NCBI GenBank assembly: GCA_963849325.1 | Contig: CAWKHF010000009.1 | Location: 128,001-192,000, forward strand | Direction: 5' to 3' | Length of the DNA: 64,000 nucleotides | Source of the DNA: an uncultured Planctomycetota bacterium | GTDB lineage: Bacteria > Planctomycetota > Planctomycetia > Gemmatales > Gemmataceae | Part shown: one piece after another, positions 52,169-62,281 of the stretch | How positions within the stretch are numbered: position 1 is the stretch's first letter | How the letters are laid out: each line of letters starts with the position of its first letter | Position numbers and translations under genes: made by a program | The notes under the pieces: model-generated | Told to the model about the DNA's origin: nothing | Seen by the model: the letters and a program-made list of their open reading frames with translations, nothing else | Database searches by the model: none

Positions 52169-55109
52169 ATGACCGACGAAACGATCTTCGCGACCGCCCT
52201 GGAAAAGGCGGACTCGGCCGAACGGGCCGCGTTCCTGGCCGAAGCCTGCGGCGACGACTCGGCACGCCGCCAGCGCCTGGAAGGGCTGTTGCTGGCGCAC
52301 GCCCGCGCGGCCCGTTTCCTCGAACGTCCGCCGGCCGCCGCGCCCGACTCGAACCAAGGTGCCACCCAGGCCTTGACCGGAACCCCGGAGCCTGGCGTGG
52401 CGGCCGCACAAACCACCGGCGGCGAAAACGGCGCTTCTGATGACGAGCCGCTGACGTTCCTGGCCCCTCCCACCCGCCCCGACGCGCTGGGCCGCATCGG
52501 GCACTACGAGGTACTCCAGGTGCTCGGCAAGGGCGGCTTCGGCATCGTCTTCCGGGCGTTCGACGAGATGCTGCAGCGCGTGGTGGCCTTGAAGGTCATG
52601 GCCCCGCAGCTCGCCGCCACGTCGCCGGCGCGCAAACGCTTTCTGCGCGAGGCCCGATCGTCCGCGCAGGTCCGCCACGAGAACGTGGTGCAGGTGTACG
52701 AGGTCGCCGAGCAACCGCTTGCCCTATCTGGTGATGGAGTTCGTCCCCGGCGAGACGCTCCAGCAACGGCTCGACCGGGTCGGTCCGCTCGAGGTGCCGG
52801 ACGTGTTGCGGATCGGTCGGCAAATCGCCGAGGGGCTGGCCGCCGCCCATGCGATGGACCTGATCCATCGCGACATCAAGCCGGGCAACGTGCTCCTCGA
52901 AGGCGGTCACCAGAAGGTGAAGATCACCGACTTCGGTCTGGCCCGTGCGGCCGACGATGCCAGCATCTCGCAGAGCGGCATCATCGCCGGCACGCCGATG
53001 TACATGGCCCCCGAGCAAGCCGAAGGCCAAACGCTCGACCAGCGGGCCGACCTGTTCAGCCTCGGCAGCGTGCTCTATCAGATGGTATCCGGCCGGCCGC
53101 CGTTCCGGGCGACGACCGCAGTCGCGGTGCTCAAGCGTGTCGCCGAAGACAAGCCGCGGGCCATCCGCGAGATCATCCCCGAAACGCCCCAGTGGCTGTG
53201 CGACATCATCGCCAAGCTGCACGCCAAGGACCCGGACGACCGCTACCAGTCGGCCCGCGAAGTGGCCGACGTGCTCGCCGACTGCGAGGCCCAGCTCAAG
53301 GCCAACTCCAGGCTGAAGGATTACAGCCGCATTCCCCGCAGTAAGCCGCAGCGATCCGGGCGTCGGAAGTGGGTTGTTGTGGCGGCGGCCGTCTTGCTTG
53401 CCGCGGCGGCGGCCGTGCTGCTTGCCCTGTTGCTTCCCGTGATCGTGTTGGTCCTGGCCGCAATGGCGTACCCCATTGAGAAGAAGCATGACTCCCGTGT
53501 GGGACAATCAAAAAATGAGCGGGTCGAGCTTGTGGCCAACACCGCGTTCGACGCGCAGGAAGCCCAGGAAGCATCAGCGAAGCAATGGGGCATCCCGGTC
53601 GAGACGACCAACAGCATCGGCATGAAGTTGCGACTCATCCCGGCCGGCAAGTTCATGATGGGATCGCCAAAGGAGGAAATCGACTTCTGGCTCAAGCTCA
53701 AGCAGGATGGCTGGTACAAGGAACTCCTGCTCAGCGAAGGTCCGCAGCATGAAGTCGGGATCACGCAGCCGTTTTGCATGGGGCAAACCGACGTCACGGT
53801 GGGGCAGTTTCGGCAGTTCGTGAAGGCAACGGGATACAAGACGCAGGCCGAGCGGGAAGGCAGCGCTGTCCGCGGTTTCCCGAATGGGGGATTCAAAGAG
53901 GTCGCGAATACGGACTGGCTCAATCCGGGTTTCGCCCAAACCGACGATCATCCGGTGGTGTGCGTCAGTTGGAATGACGCCGTGGAGTTTTGCCAATGGT
54001 TGAGCAAGCAGGAGGGAAAAACCTACCGCTTGCCCACGGAAGCCGAGTGGGAATATAGTTGCCGGGCCGGATCAAGGGGCCGATGGTCTTTCGGCGACGA
54101 CGAGGGCGAGTTGGGGGATTACGCAAGGGTCGGCGGCAACTCGCAGCATCATTCCTGGCCGGTGGCCGGATTGAAGGCGAATGCGTGGGGTTTGTACGAC
54201 ATGCACGGGAATGTGGAGCAGTGGTGTCAGGACCTGTTCGATCCGAATTACTACAAGACCAGTCCACCGAAAGACCCGCCTGGACCAGCTGCCGGCGATG
54301 AGCGCGTGGCACGGGGCGGATTTTGGCTGTGGGACGACGCGTGGTGGAGCCGCTCCGCAATGCGCCATAAACACAATCCCGCGGGCCGCGCCAACTTTAT
54401 CGGCTTTCGTGTCGCGCTGGTCGTGTCGTCGCCCAAAACGAAGACGCCGCCGCTTGCCGTCGGCCCATTTACCGACGCCGACGTGCAGCGCATCGCCGCC
54501 CTGCCGGCCGAGCAGCAGGTCGAGGAAGTGCGGAAGGAGCTGAAACGCCGCAACCCCGGCTTCGACGGCAAGATGAATACCAAGATCGAGGGCGGCGTAG
54601 TCACCGAATTCAGGATCGTGACCGACAAGGTGACGGACATCGCCCCGATCCGAGTCTTCGGCGCCCTGCGGGTACTCAACTGCCACGGCACGTGGACCGG
54701 CAAGTCCAACGGGCAATTAGCGGACCTAACGGCTCTGAAGGGGTTGAACCTGGGTGGCCTGAGTCTCGAATGCACGCAGGTGAGCGACACGAGCCTGGCC
54801 CACCTGAAGGACTGCAAGAGCCTGACGCGCCTCGCCCTGAACGGAACGAAGGTGAGCGACGCGGGCCTGGCCTACTTCAAGGGCATGCCGCTGAAGCTGC
54901 TGTGGATTCAAGGCACCGGTATCACCGACCTGACTCCCCTGCAAGGCATGCCGCTGGAAGACATCCGCCTGACCCCAAAGAACATCACCAAGGGCCTGGA
55001 TATGCTCCGCGACATGAAGAGCCTCAAAACCATCGGCACAAATTGGGACCATACCTGGCCGGCGGCGGAGTTCTGGGAGCGCTACGACAAGGGGGAGTTC
55101 AAGGAGTAG
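52169..55109 (+). CDS. Membrane Ser/Thr protein kinase with FGE-sulfatase (SUMF1) and LRR-like domains; frameshift near 52720
   Basis: LGKGGFG.V, VALK, IHRDIKPGN, DFGLAR, GTP.YMAPE; TM segment; F.MGS, PVV.VSWNDA, RLPTEAEWEY.CRAG, N.WGLYDMHGNV; L..L.L..T.VSD repeats. Confidence 0.92.
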
Positions 55110-55303
55110 CGCGGCGGTTGCCGGCGGTTGTCCTTGCTGACCCCACGGAAAAAGGTTGGCCCCGGCCCTGCCTGGACGGACTGCGCCTGCGGGCAAGACA
55201 TCGCCGAGCAGCCGGTTTTCGCGGGTCCGTCACGATCCATCGACACAAGTTGGGACGATCCATTGCCTTGTGCGCTTCAGCGAGCCGCCGGCGATGGCGG
55301 CAA

Positions 55304-55316
55304 TGAATAATTCGGG
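55304..55316. mobile_element. IS1380-type terminal inverted repeat
   Basis: TGAATAATTCGGG; reverse complement CCCGAATTATTCA matches 51146-51158 at 12/13 positions. Confidence 0.6.
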
Positions 55317-55505
55317 TCAGGCGACCTGCTCCAGCCGCAGTTCGGCCAGTTCCTGCCGGAGTTGTTCGGCGAGCATTTCGGATGCCTCGGCCAGGGCCTC
55401 CAGGGCCACCTCGGGATCGGGACCACCCTTCAAGGGCAGGATGGACTCCCGCAGGAATCGGAGGAAATGGTCCCGCAGTTCCTGTTCGACGTGAGATAGT
55501 GCCAT
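55317..55505 (-). CDS. Small helical hypothetical protein
   Basis: AAGGAG RBS, 62 aa, downstream of nth. Confidence 0.6.
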   Translation of the reverse strand: MALSHVEQELRDHFLRFLRESILPLKGGPDPEVALEALAEASEMLAEQLRQELAELRLEQVA

Positions 55506-55636
55506 CGTCTGACTCCTTCTGTCCTGTCCGCTGAGGATGTGTTCGAGCCGCAGGCCCTTCCTCCCTTATACCGCTTCCGCCAGAGTTGGGAAAGGGTGCG
55601 GCCACCTCTCCCTCCCTGGTTCGGAAAGAAGTTCGT

Positions 55637-56355
55637 TCAGCGATACGAAGTGACGCCGACTTGCCGGCACATCTCCAGCAACGGGCAGGTCGAACACTTC
55701 GGCGCGTGCCCGTGCAGACGTTCTTGCCGAAGGGCACCAGCAGCGCATTGATCTCGATCCAGTAGGACTGCGGCAACTTCTTCTGCAGCGCCGCCATCGT
55801 CTTCTCGGGCGTCTTCGCCTCCACGTAGCCCCAGCGGTTGGTGACGCGATGGACGTGAATGTCCACGCCGATGAACGGCAGACCGCAAGCAATGCCCAGG
55901 GTCAGGTTGGCGCACTTGGACCCGACGCCCTTGAACGAAAGCAGCACATCGAGGTCTCCGGGCAGCGTGCTGCCGTGGTCCGCCACGGCGCGGCGGGCGA
56001 TGGCGCGGATGGTCGCCGCCTTCGGTTCGTGAAAGGTGCAGGCGCCGATCAGGCGATCGATTTCCGTCTCGGACAGGACGGCGACCTCGGCGGGGGTGCG
56101 GGCCCGGGCGAACAGCCGGCGGGCAACCGGCAGCGTGGTCTCATCCCGAGTCCGAATCGACAACAGACAGGCGATGAGGATTTCAAAGACCGAGGTATGT
56201 CCCTCGGCGTACAACTCGAACAGGGCCGCCTTGGGATAAAGGGCCGTCGCTTCGCGGAGGAGACGAATCGCTTCCTCGATGTCGAAGGGCCGCTTGCCGG
56301 CAGGCGGCGCCGTTTTCCTCCTGCCTTTCGGGCCGGGTTTCTTCGCGGCGCTCAT
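55637..56355 (-). CDS. nth: Endonuclease III (HhH-GPD, 4Fe-4S); frameshift near 55710
   Basis: FE.LIA.LLS.RT.D, L...GVG.K.AN, VD.HVHR..NR.G, FGK..C....PKC..CPL...C. Confidence 0.9.
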
Positions 56356-56478
56356 GGCTGCTTCGCTCGTATGGGGTCACTCGGGCGCAGGAATTTATAT
56401 GGTCTCGCGGCCCCGCGTGGTATACTAATCTGGGAGTGGCGCGTTCCGTCGGTTCTGCTTTTCCGGTGGCGAGAACCC

Positions 56479-57065
56479 ATGCCTGCGCAGCTCGTGTCCC
56501 TGGATAACGGTCCCAGCATTCTGCTGGATAAACCGATCTTGCTGCTTGGCCGGCATCCCGAGTGCGACATCCAGATCGACTCGCGCAAGATTTCGCGCCG
56601 CCATTGCTGCATCGCCCAAGTCAGCGATTACCTCGTGGTCCGCGACCTGGACAGCACCAACGGCATCCGCATCAACGGCGTGCGTCTGACCGAGGGTCGC
56701 CTGACCGGCGGCGATGAACTGACCATCGGCAATAGTCGCTTCAAGGTGACCTGGGACAACGTTTCGGCCCAAGTCCACTCGCCGCGGCCGGAGAAAAAGC
56801 CGACTGTCGCGGCGCCGACCGCGGCGGTCGCCGTCGAGGACGACATCCTCGAATCCTGCGATGATCCGGTCCCCCTGGCCGAACCCGGCGCGGACGGCCC
56901 GTCCTCGGCCCATCGGGGGGCGCCGGCGCTGCTGCGCCGCCTCCGCTGCCGGCGGCCGGCTCGGACGGATCGGTCATCCTGCCCGACGAACTGGAGTTGA
57001 TGCCCAACAGCAACGTCTATCCCAAACTGTCGCCGCACGAGTCCGGGTCTCATCCTCCCGTCTGA
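56479..57065 (+). CDS. FHA domain protein (C-terminal tail probably frameshifted near 56930; ORF track stops at 57000)
   Basis: LLGRHPECDI, ISRRHC, RDL.STNG..ING; TATACT -10-like box upstream. Confidence 0.85.
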
Positions 57066-57075
57066 ACCTCTTCCC

Positions 57076-58056
57076 TCACGCGCACTCGACACTCAGATAC
57101 TGGACGCTGAACCAGTCGCGTTCGTCGAGCCACACCTGACGCACCCGCAGTCCGGCACTGCGGGCCAGGCGCTCGATGTCCGTCAGACTGTACTTGTAGG
57201 AATACTCGGTGCAGATGCTCTCCCCGTCGTCCAGGGCAAAGTCCTCGCCGCCGACGCGGACGGTTTGCGCCGCCCGACTCAGCAAGTGCATCTCGATGCG
57301 GCCGGGTCCGGGGTTGTAGAAGGCGTAATGATGGTAGCGCGCCGGCACGAAGTCGGCGTCCAGTTCCCGATTGATGCGGGCGAGCAGGTTGAGGTTGAAA
57401 GCGGCCGTGACGCCGAGACGGTCGTTGTAGGCGGCGTGGAGGATGTGAGGATCTTTCTTGAGATCGACGCCCAGCAGCAGACCGCCGCCGGGGCCGCACA
57501 ACGAAGCCATGTGGGCGAGCAAGTCGCGCGCTGCGGGCGGCTCGAAGTTGCCGATCGTCGAGCCGGAAAAGAAAACCACCCTCCGCGCCGCGGTCCGGCC
57601 TGGGGCCGGCAGGGCGAACGGGCGCGTGAAATCCGCCTCGATCGGCCGCACGACCAGGTTCGGATACAGCCGGGCCACGTTGCGGGCCGTCTGCCGCAGT
57701 TGTTCGCCGTTGATGTCCACCGGCAGGTAGGCGGCCGGCTCCCGCAAGTGCTCCAGGAGCCGGCACGTCTTGCGGCTGCTGCCGCTACCGTACTCGATGA
57801 GGGCGACGCCGCCGCCCAGGCACTCCGCCATGTCCGCCGCATGGCGCTGGAGGATCGCCAATTCACAGCGCGTCGGGTAATACTCGTCCAGCTCGCAGAT
57901 GCGGTCGAACAGCTCGCCGCCGGCCTGGTCGTAGAGGTACTTGCACGGCAGCCGTTTGGGCGTGCGGCCCAGGCCCTGGAGCACGTCGCGCCGGAAGGCG
58001 TCGGTCAACCGCGCAGGCGAGGACGCCGGCGAAGCGGAGAGGAGTTGATGGGTCAT
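57076..58056 (-). CDS. egtD: L-histidine N-alpha-methyltransferase
   Basis: PK.LP.KY.YD..G..LFD.I..L.EYYPTR.E, E.GSGSS.KT, GSTIGN, L.AAY.D..GVTAAFNLNLL, I.TE.S.KY. Confidence 0.94.
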   Translation of the reverse strand: MTHQLLSASPASSPARLTDAFRRDVLQGLGRTPKRLPCKYLYDQAGGELFDRICELDEYYPTRCELAILQRHAADMAECLGGGVALIEYGSGSSRKTCRLLEHLREPAAYLPVDINGEQLRQTARNVARLYPNLVVRPIEADFTRPFALPAPGRTAARRVVFFSGSTIGNFEPPAARDLLAHMASLCGPGGGLLLGVDLKKDPHILHAAYNDRLGVTAAFNLNLLARINRELDADFVPARYHHYAFYNPGPGRIEMHLLSRAAQTVRVGGEDFALDDGESICTEYSYKYSLTDIERLARSAGLRVRQVWLDERDWFSVQYLSVECA

Positions 58057-59348
58057 GAGTCTTTCGCCAAGCGGATGCCGGTGAATTGCCAGCGGGCGTG
58101 CGGCGGGAAGAAGTTGCGATAACTGCGACGGAAGTGCGACTTCGGCGTCGCACACGAGCCGCCCCGCAGGACCATCTGATTGCACAGGAACTTGCCGTTG
58201 TACTCGCCCAGGGCGCCCTCCGGAAGCCGGTATCCGGGATAGGCGACGTAGGGGCTGGCGGTCCACTGCCACACCTCGCCGAACATCTGGGCCGGCCGAT
58301 CGTTTGGGGCGGCTGCGGGCAGAGGCCGGGGATGCAGCTGTTCCGAGTCGAGGAACGACCCGTGCAGCGGACACATTTCGGCGGCGGTCTCCCATTCCGC
58401 TTCCGTGGCCAGGCGCGCCCGGCCCAGCGCAGCGTAAGCGTCGGCCTCATAATAGCTCACGTGGCAAACGGGATCATCGTCACGCACGGGCCACAGGCCG
58501 GCGAGCGTCATGCGGAACCAGGAATCGTCCTGTCGCTCCCAGTACAGGGGCGCCTGCCAATCCTCGGCGCACCGCGCCGCCCAGCCGTCGGACAACCACA
58601 GCTCCGGCCGCCGATAGCCGCCATCTTCCAGGAAAGCGCGATACTCTCCGCTGGTCGTCAGGCGCGAACCCAGCGCAAACGGCGCCACGAATACCCGGTG
58701 CCGAGGGCTTTCGTTGTCGTAGGCGAAGCCGTCCCCCTTATGTCCGATCCAGCGCACCCCCCCAGGATAGCGATGCCAGTTCAACGGCGCGGGTGAAGCC
58801 GGCGGTTCGGCCGGCCGTTCACGGAAGACCGGCCGCAGGGGATTGCCGGCAAAGGCGTGCTGGAGATCGGTCAGCAGCAATTCCTGATGTTGCTGCTCGT
58901 GGTGCAGGCCAAGCACAATCCGTTCACGAACCTCCGGCGCCATCTCCTGCTCGCCGGCGCCCATCATTCGGAGCATCGTGGCATCGACATGCTTGCGATA
59001 GCGGAAGACCTCGGCAACCGTTGGCCGCGAGAGCAACCCTCGCTGCCCGCGCGGCCAGAAGGCGCCGATGCGGTGGTAATACGAGTTGAACAAGTAGCCG
59101 AATTGTGCATGGAAAGGGCGATAAGCAGGGTCGTTCTGGGCGAGCACAAAGGTCTCGAAGAACCAGCTCGTGTGCGCCAGGTGCCACTTGGTCGGGCTGG
59201 CATCGGGCATCGATTGCACGCCGAAATCTTCGATCGCCAGAGGGGCGCACAGCTGCTCCGTGCGGGAGCGGACTTCCCCATAAAAGGAAAGCAACGTGAC
59301 ATCGCCATCGGTCGTCGTCGTAGCCTCGTCCTCCCGATTCAACCTCAT
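58053..59348 (-). CDS. egtB: Ergothioneine biosynthesis sulfoxide synthase
   Basis: QSMPDASPTKWHLAHTSWFFE, YLFNSYY, HEQQHQELLLTD, GEYNGKF, VLRGGSC.TP..H.R.SYRNF. Confidence 0.94.
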   Translation of the reverse strand: MRLNREDEATTTTDGDVTLLSFYGEVRSRTEQLCAPLAIEDFGVQSMPDASPTKWHLAHTSWFFETFVLAQNDPAYRPFHAQFGYLFNSYYHRIGAFWPRGQRGLLSRPTVAEVFRYRKHVDATMLRMMGAGEQEMAPEVRERIVLGLHHEQQHQELLLTDLQHAFAGNPLRPVFRERPAEPPASPAPLNWHRYPGGVRWIGHKGDGFAYDNESPRHRVFVAPFALGSRLTTSGEYRAFLEDGGYRRPELWLSDGWAARCAEDWQAPLYWERQDDSWFRMTLAGLWPVRDDDPVCHVSYYEADAYAALGRARLATEAEWETAAEMCPLHGSFLDSEQLHPRPLPAAAPNDRPAQMFGEVWQWTASPYVAYPGYRLPEGALGEYNGKFLCNQMVLRGGSCATPKSHFRRSYRNFFPPHARWQFTGIRLAKDS

Positions 59349-59470
59349 GCGGAACTCTCCCTCGCGCAGCGGCTCGCTCGCAGATGGCTTCCGTCTCCTC
59401 GTGATAGGAGCTTGTCACCGCCGAATCAATAGGCTGGACCTCAGCCAATTCATCACCCCGAGAGAGGAAT

Positions 59471-59485
59471 GCAAGTCTCGGACCA
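59471..59485 (-). promoter_or_regulatory. Possible sigma54 promoter for egtBD
   Basis: Minus strand TGGTCC-gagac-TTGCA, ~120 bp upstream of egtB. Confidence 0.5.
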
Positions 59486-59497
59486 TTGCCGCGCAAG

Positions 59498-61201
59498 TTA
59501 TTCGGTTTCGCCGCGTCCCGCGCTCCCAGACGCGGCCAAACTCCGCACACGATAGAGCCGGTAACTCGCATCTTCATACACCAGCTCCAGCGCCTCGGAG
59601 CGAACGTCGCGGTCGGTGGGGGCGATCACGTGGGTGATGCCGCGGCGCACCAGTTCGGAGATGATTTCCTCTCGGTCCCAGTTGCGTTGCTCGTACAGGT
59701 CGTGGCCCCACCGGACGCGCTCGTGCCATGCCAACACTTCAACGTCCTTGTAGGGAATCGACTTGAAATCGATGAAGATCGGCGCGCCGGTAGAGAGGCG
59801 AAAGCGTTGCAGATCGATCGAAATGACCCGGCCCTGCTGATTGCGTCGGGGCGGCGGCGTGAAATTGAGGGAGGCGGCGCCCTTGGGACCGGAAGTCTGT
59901 TTCGGCACTTCCACGGGCAACAGGTAGACCTCTCCCCGCGACTTGTGGTCGCGGACGTACTCCAGGAGCGGGCCGTCCTCCGCGTTGGTCTGGTATCCCA
60001 GCTCGAAAGCGTTGATCGTCGCTCCTGCGGCCACGAGGACGGCCAGGACGGCGACAGACACGGCCTGGAGTACACGCTCCCCGCCGAGGGTGCGCGGACG
60101 AAACCAGACGGCGAGCCGATTCACCAGCCGGGCCAGAACGATGGTCGTGGCCAGGGGGACCAGGACGGCCGAGGTGCGCCAGGGGAAGAGCAGGGCCAGC
60201 GTGTCATTGCCGGTCGCCAGCTGCACCAGGGTTAGCACGAACGAGAGGACAAATGGGAGGAACAAGATCGGAAATAAGCGCTCGCCCCGTACCAGGAACA
60301 GGGCGACAGCAACCCAAACGATTTGGGCCAGGGCGATCCCGTCAAACCAGCGTTGAGGTTCCGCATGATGGGGGATGCGAAAATGGGCTAGCAAATGTTG
60401 GGCGTCCACGAACGCCTGCGGAGAAGAAGGGGCGAACGTAACGAGATTGTAGACCAGCACCGGCGCGACGACGGCGAAGGCCCAGCCGCCCACGACGAAA
60501 GACTCTCGGACCCGCTTCTCCCGACACAGTAAATAGAGATAAGACAAGGTGAAAAAAGCGGCCGAGAGGAGGTACGTCGAGTGCATCACCGCGGCGAGCG
60601 ACGACCACGTGACGGCCCGGAGCGGCCGGTCCTGCAAGAACGAGTGGATGGAGAGGACGAGCAGGGCGCCGAAGACCGACGGCTGCAATCCGGCCCCGAG
60701 CAGATACTGGTTGGCGACGCCGGCCTGGAAGTACCAGGGATAATCCACGCCGAACAGCCGCGCCGAGAGCCAGCGCGGCAAGGCGGCGTGCAGGGCGACG
60801 AACAGCGTGAGGAAACCGAGACGCGCCCGGTTGTCCGGCCGGCGCTCGGCGAGGAGAGTGGCGATGCCCACCAGGCCATGAAAGTAGGCCCCCAGGAGGA
60901 GGACGTAGTAGACGTAGAAAAGCGATTCGTGCAGGTGTCGATAGGTGAAGGCGACCAGCGCACTGAAAAGCGGCGTGGGATCAGCGGTGTGGGCCAGCCA
61001 ATCGTCGCCGAGAAAGCCGTCGCCGCCGCGGGCCAGGCCATGCAGGAAATACTGGTTCTGGTTCGAGTAGTACAGGGGAGGTTGCGTGTAGGCGACGCCG
61101 AACACCAGCGCCCAGAACAGGAAGGAGAACGCATTCTTGATGCCGCGAGGCAGGCGTTGCCTCGCGGAATCCGGCGATTTGACGGCGTTGTCTCCCGACA
61201 T
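59498..61201 (-). CDS. Polytopic membrane protein of unknown function (possibly DUF6798-like)
   Basis: 567 aa, about 12 hydrophobic segments, SNQNQYFLHG, RIPHH, C-terminal soluble domain. Confidence 0.7.
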   Translation of the reverse strand: MSGDNAVKSPDSARQRLPRGIKNAFSFLFWALVFGVAYTQPPLYYSNQNQYFLHGLARGGDGFLGDDWLAHTADPTPLFSALVAFTYRHLHESLFYVYYVLLLGAYFHGLVGIATLLAERRPDNRARLGFLTLFVALHAALPRWLSARLFGVDYPWYFQAGVANQYLLGAGLQPSVFGALLVLSIHSFLQDRPLRAVTWSSLAAVMHSTYLLSAAFFTLSYLYLLCREKRVRESFVVGGWAFAVVAPVLVYNLVTFAPSSPQAFVDAQHLLAHFRIPHHAEPQRWFDGIALAQIVWVAVALFLVRGERLFPILFLPFVLSFVLTLVQLATGNDTLALLFPWRTSAVLVPLATTIVLARLVNRLAVWFRPRTLGGERVLQAVSVAVLAVLVAAGATINAFELGYQTNAEDGPLLEYVRDHKSRGEVYLLPVEVPKQTSGPKGAASLNFTPPPRRNQQGRVISIDLQRFRLSTGAPIFIDFKSIPYKDVEVLAWHERVRWGHDLYEQRNWDREEIISELVRRGITHVIAPTDRDVRSEALELVYEDASYRLYRVRSLAASGSAGRGETE

Positions 61202-61252
61202 GGAAGCCCTCGAATGTCCTGTTCCGTGCGTCGGCGATGACGAACAAACGTC

Positions 61253-62059
61253 TCAGACGATGCCTCCGCCGCGAAGCTGTTTGTGGAAGAAATAGATCGA
61301 CAGCCCCAGGCCGATGGCGATGATGACCCAGCGCATCACCGAAGGACGGACGCGCCGGGCGACGCGGGCGCCGAGGTAGCCGCCGAGGATCGCGGCGGCG
61401 GCCATGACCAGGGCGTAGAGCCAGAAGACCCTACCTTCCAGCACGAAAATCACCACGGAGACGCCGTTAATGCAGAAGGCGAGAAACGTTTTGACGGCGT
61501 TCATCTGATGGACGTCGGGCAGGCCCATCAGGGCGAGGGCGCTGAGCATCAGGATGCCGATGCCGGCGCCGAAGTAGCCGCCGTAAACGGCTACCAGGAA
61601 CTGAAACAGCACCACCGCCGCGACCGTCCGGCCCGAGGCAGGCGCCGCGTGCGACTGCCGGGTGAGCCGCGACACCGTCGGCTGGATGAGAAACAGCACG
61701 ACCGCAAGGAGGAGGAGCCAGGGGACGAGGGCCATGAAAATCGTCGAGTCGAGTCGCGTCGCCAGCAGGGAGCCGGCGACGCCGCCGAGCAGGCTGGGTC
61801 CGATGAGGAGGACGGTCCAGCGCCGGGCCGCGTGCATCTCGCGGCGGTAGCCCCACGCTCCCGCCAGCGAGCCAGGAGCCAGGGCGACGGTGCTGGTGGC
61901 GTTGGCGGTCACACCGGCCTCGACGCCCAGCAGCGGCGTCAGCGCCGTCAGCAGGGCCGGGAAGGTCAGGAGCGTCCCGCCGCCCGCCACGGAGTTCATC
62001 ATCCCCGCGGCCAGGGCCGACAGACCAAGCCATAACAGCAGACTCGGCGGCTCAGACAT
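61253..62059 (-). CDS. TSUP/TauE-SafE family transporter
   Basis: AG.MNSVAGGGTL.TFP, AN.T, YGGYFGAG.GI, GGY.GA. Confidence 0.9.
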   Translation of the reverse strand: MSEPPSLLLWLGLSALAAGMMNSVAGGGTLLTFPALLTALTPLLGVEAGVTANATSTVALAPGSLAGAWGYRREMHAARRWTVLLIGPSLLGGVAGSLLATRLDSTIFMALVPWLLLLAVVLFLIQPTVSRLTRQSHAAPASGRTVAAVVLFQFLVAVYGGYFGAGIGILMLSALALMGLPDVHQMNAVKTFLAFCINGVSVVIFVLEGRVFWLYALVMAAAAILGGYLGARVARRVRPSVMRWVIIAIGLGLSIYFFHKQLRGGGIV

Positions 62060-62281
62060 GGTCCTTCCATTGCGGGATGGGCGATCGGAGCCTTCACGAT
62101 CGTATGCACCTTATCCGATGCGCCGTTGGGACGGCAACAGCCGTTGAGACGATGGGAGTGGAGTTCTCCACGAAAGAGGAGCGCGGGGTTAAGGGTTACG
62201 CGGACGGTTCCTACTCGACCGGACACAGGTAGCCCAAGTCCGTAGCTTACCGGGTGGTCCCGTTTTCGGACCCCCTAGAAT

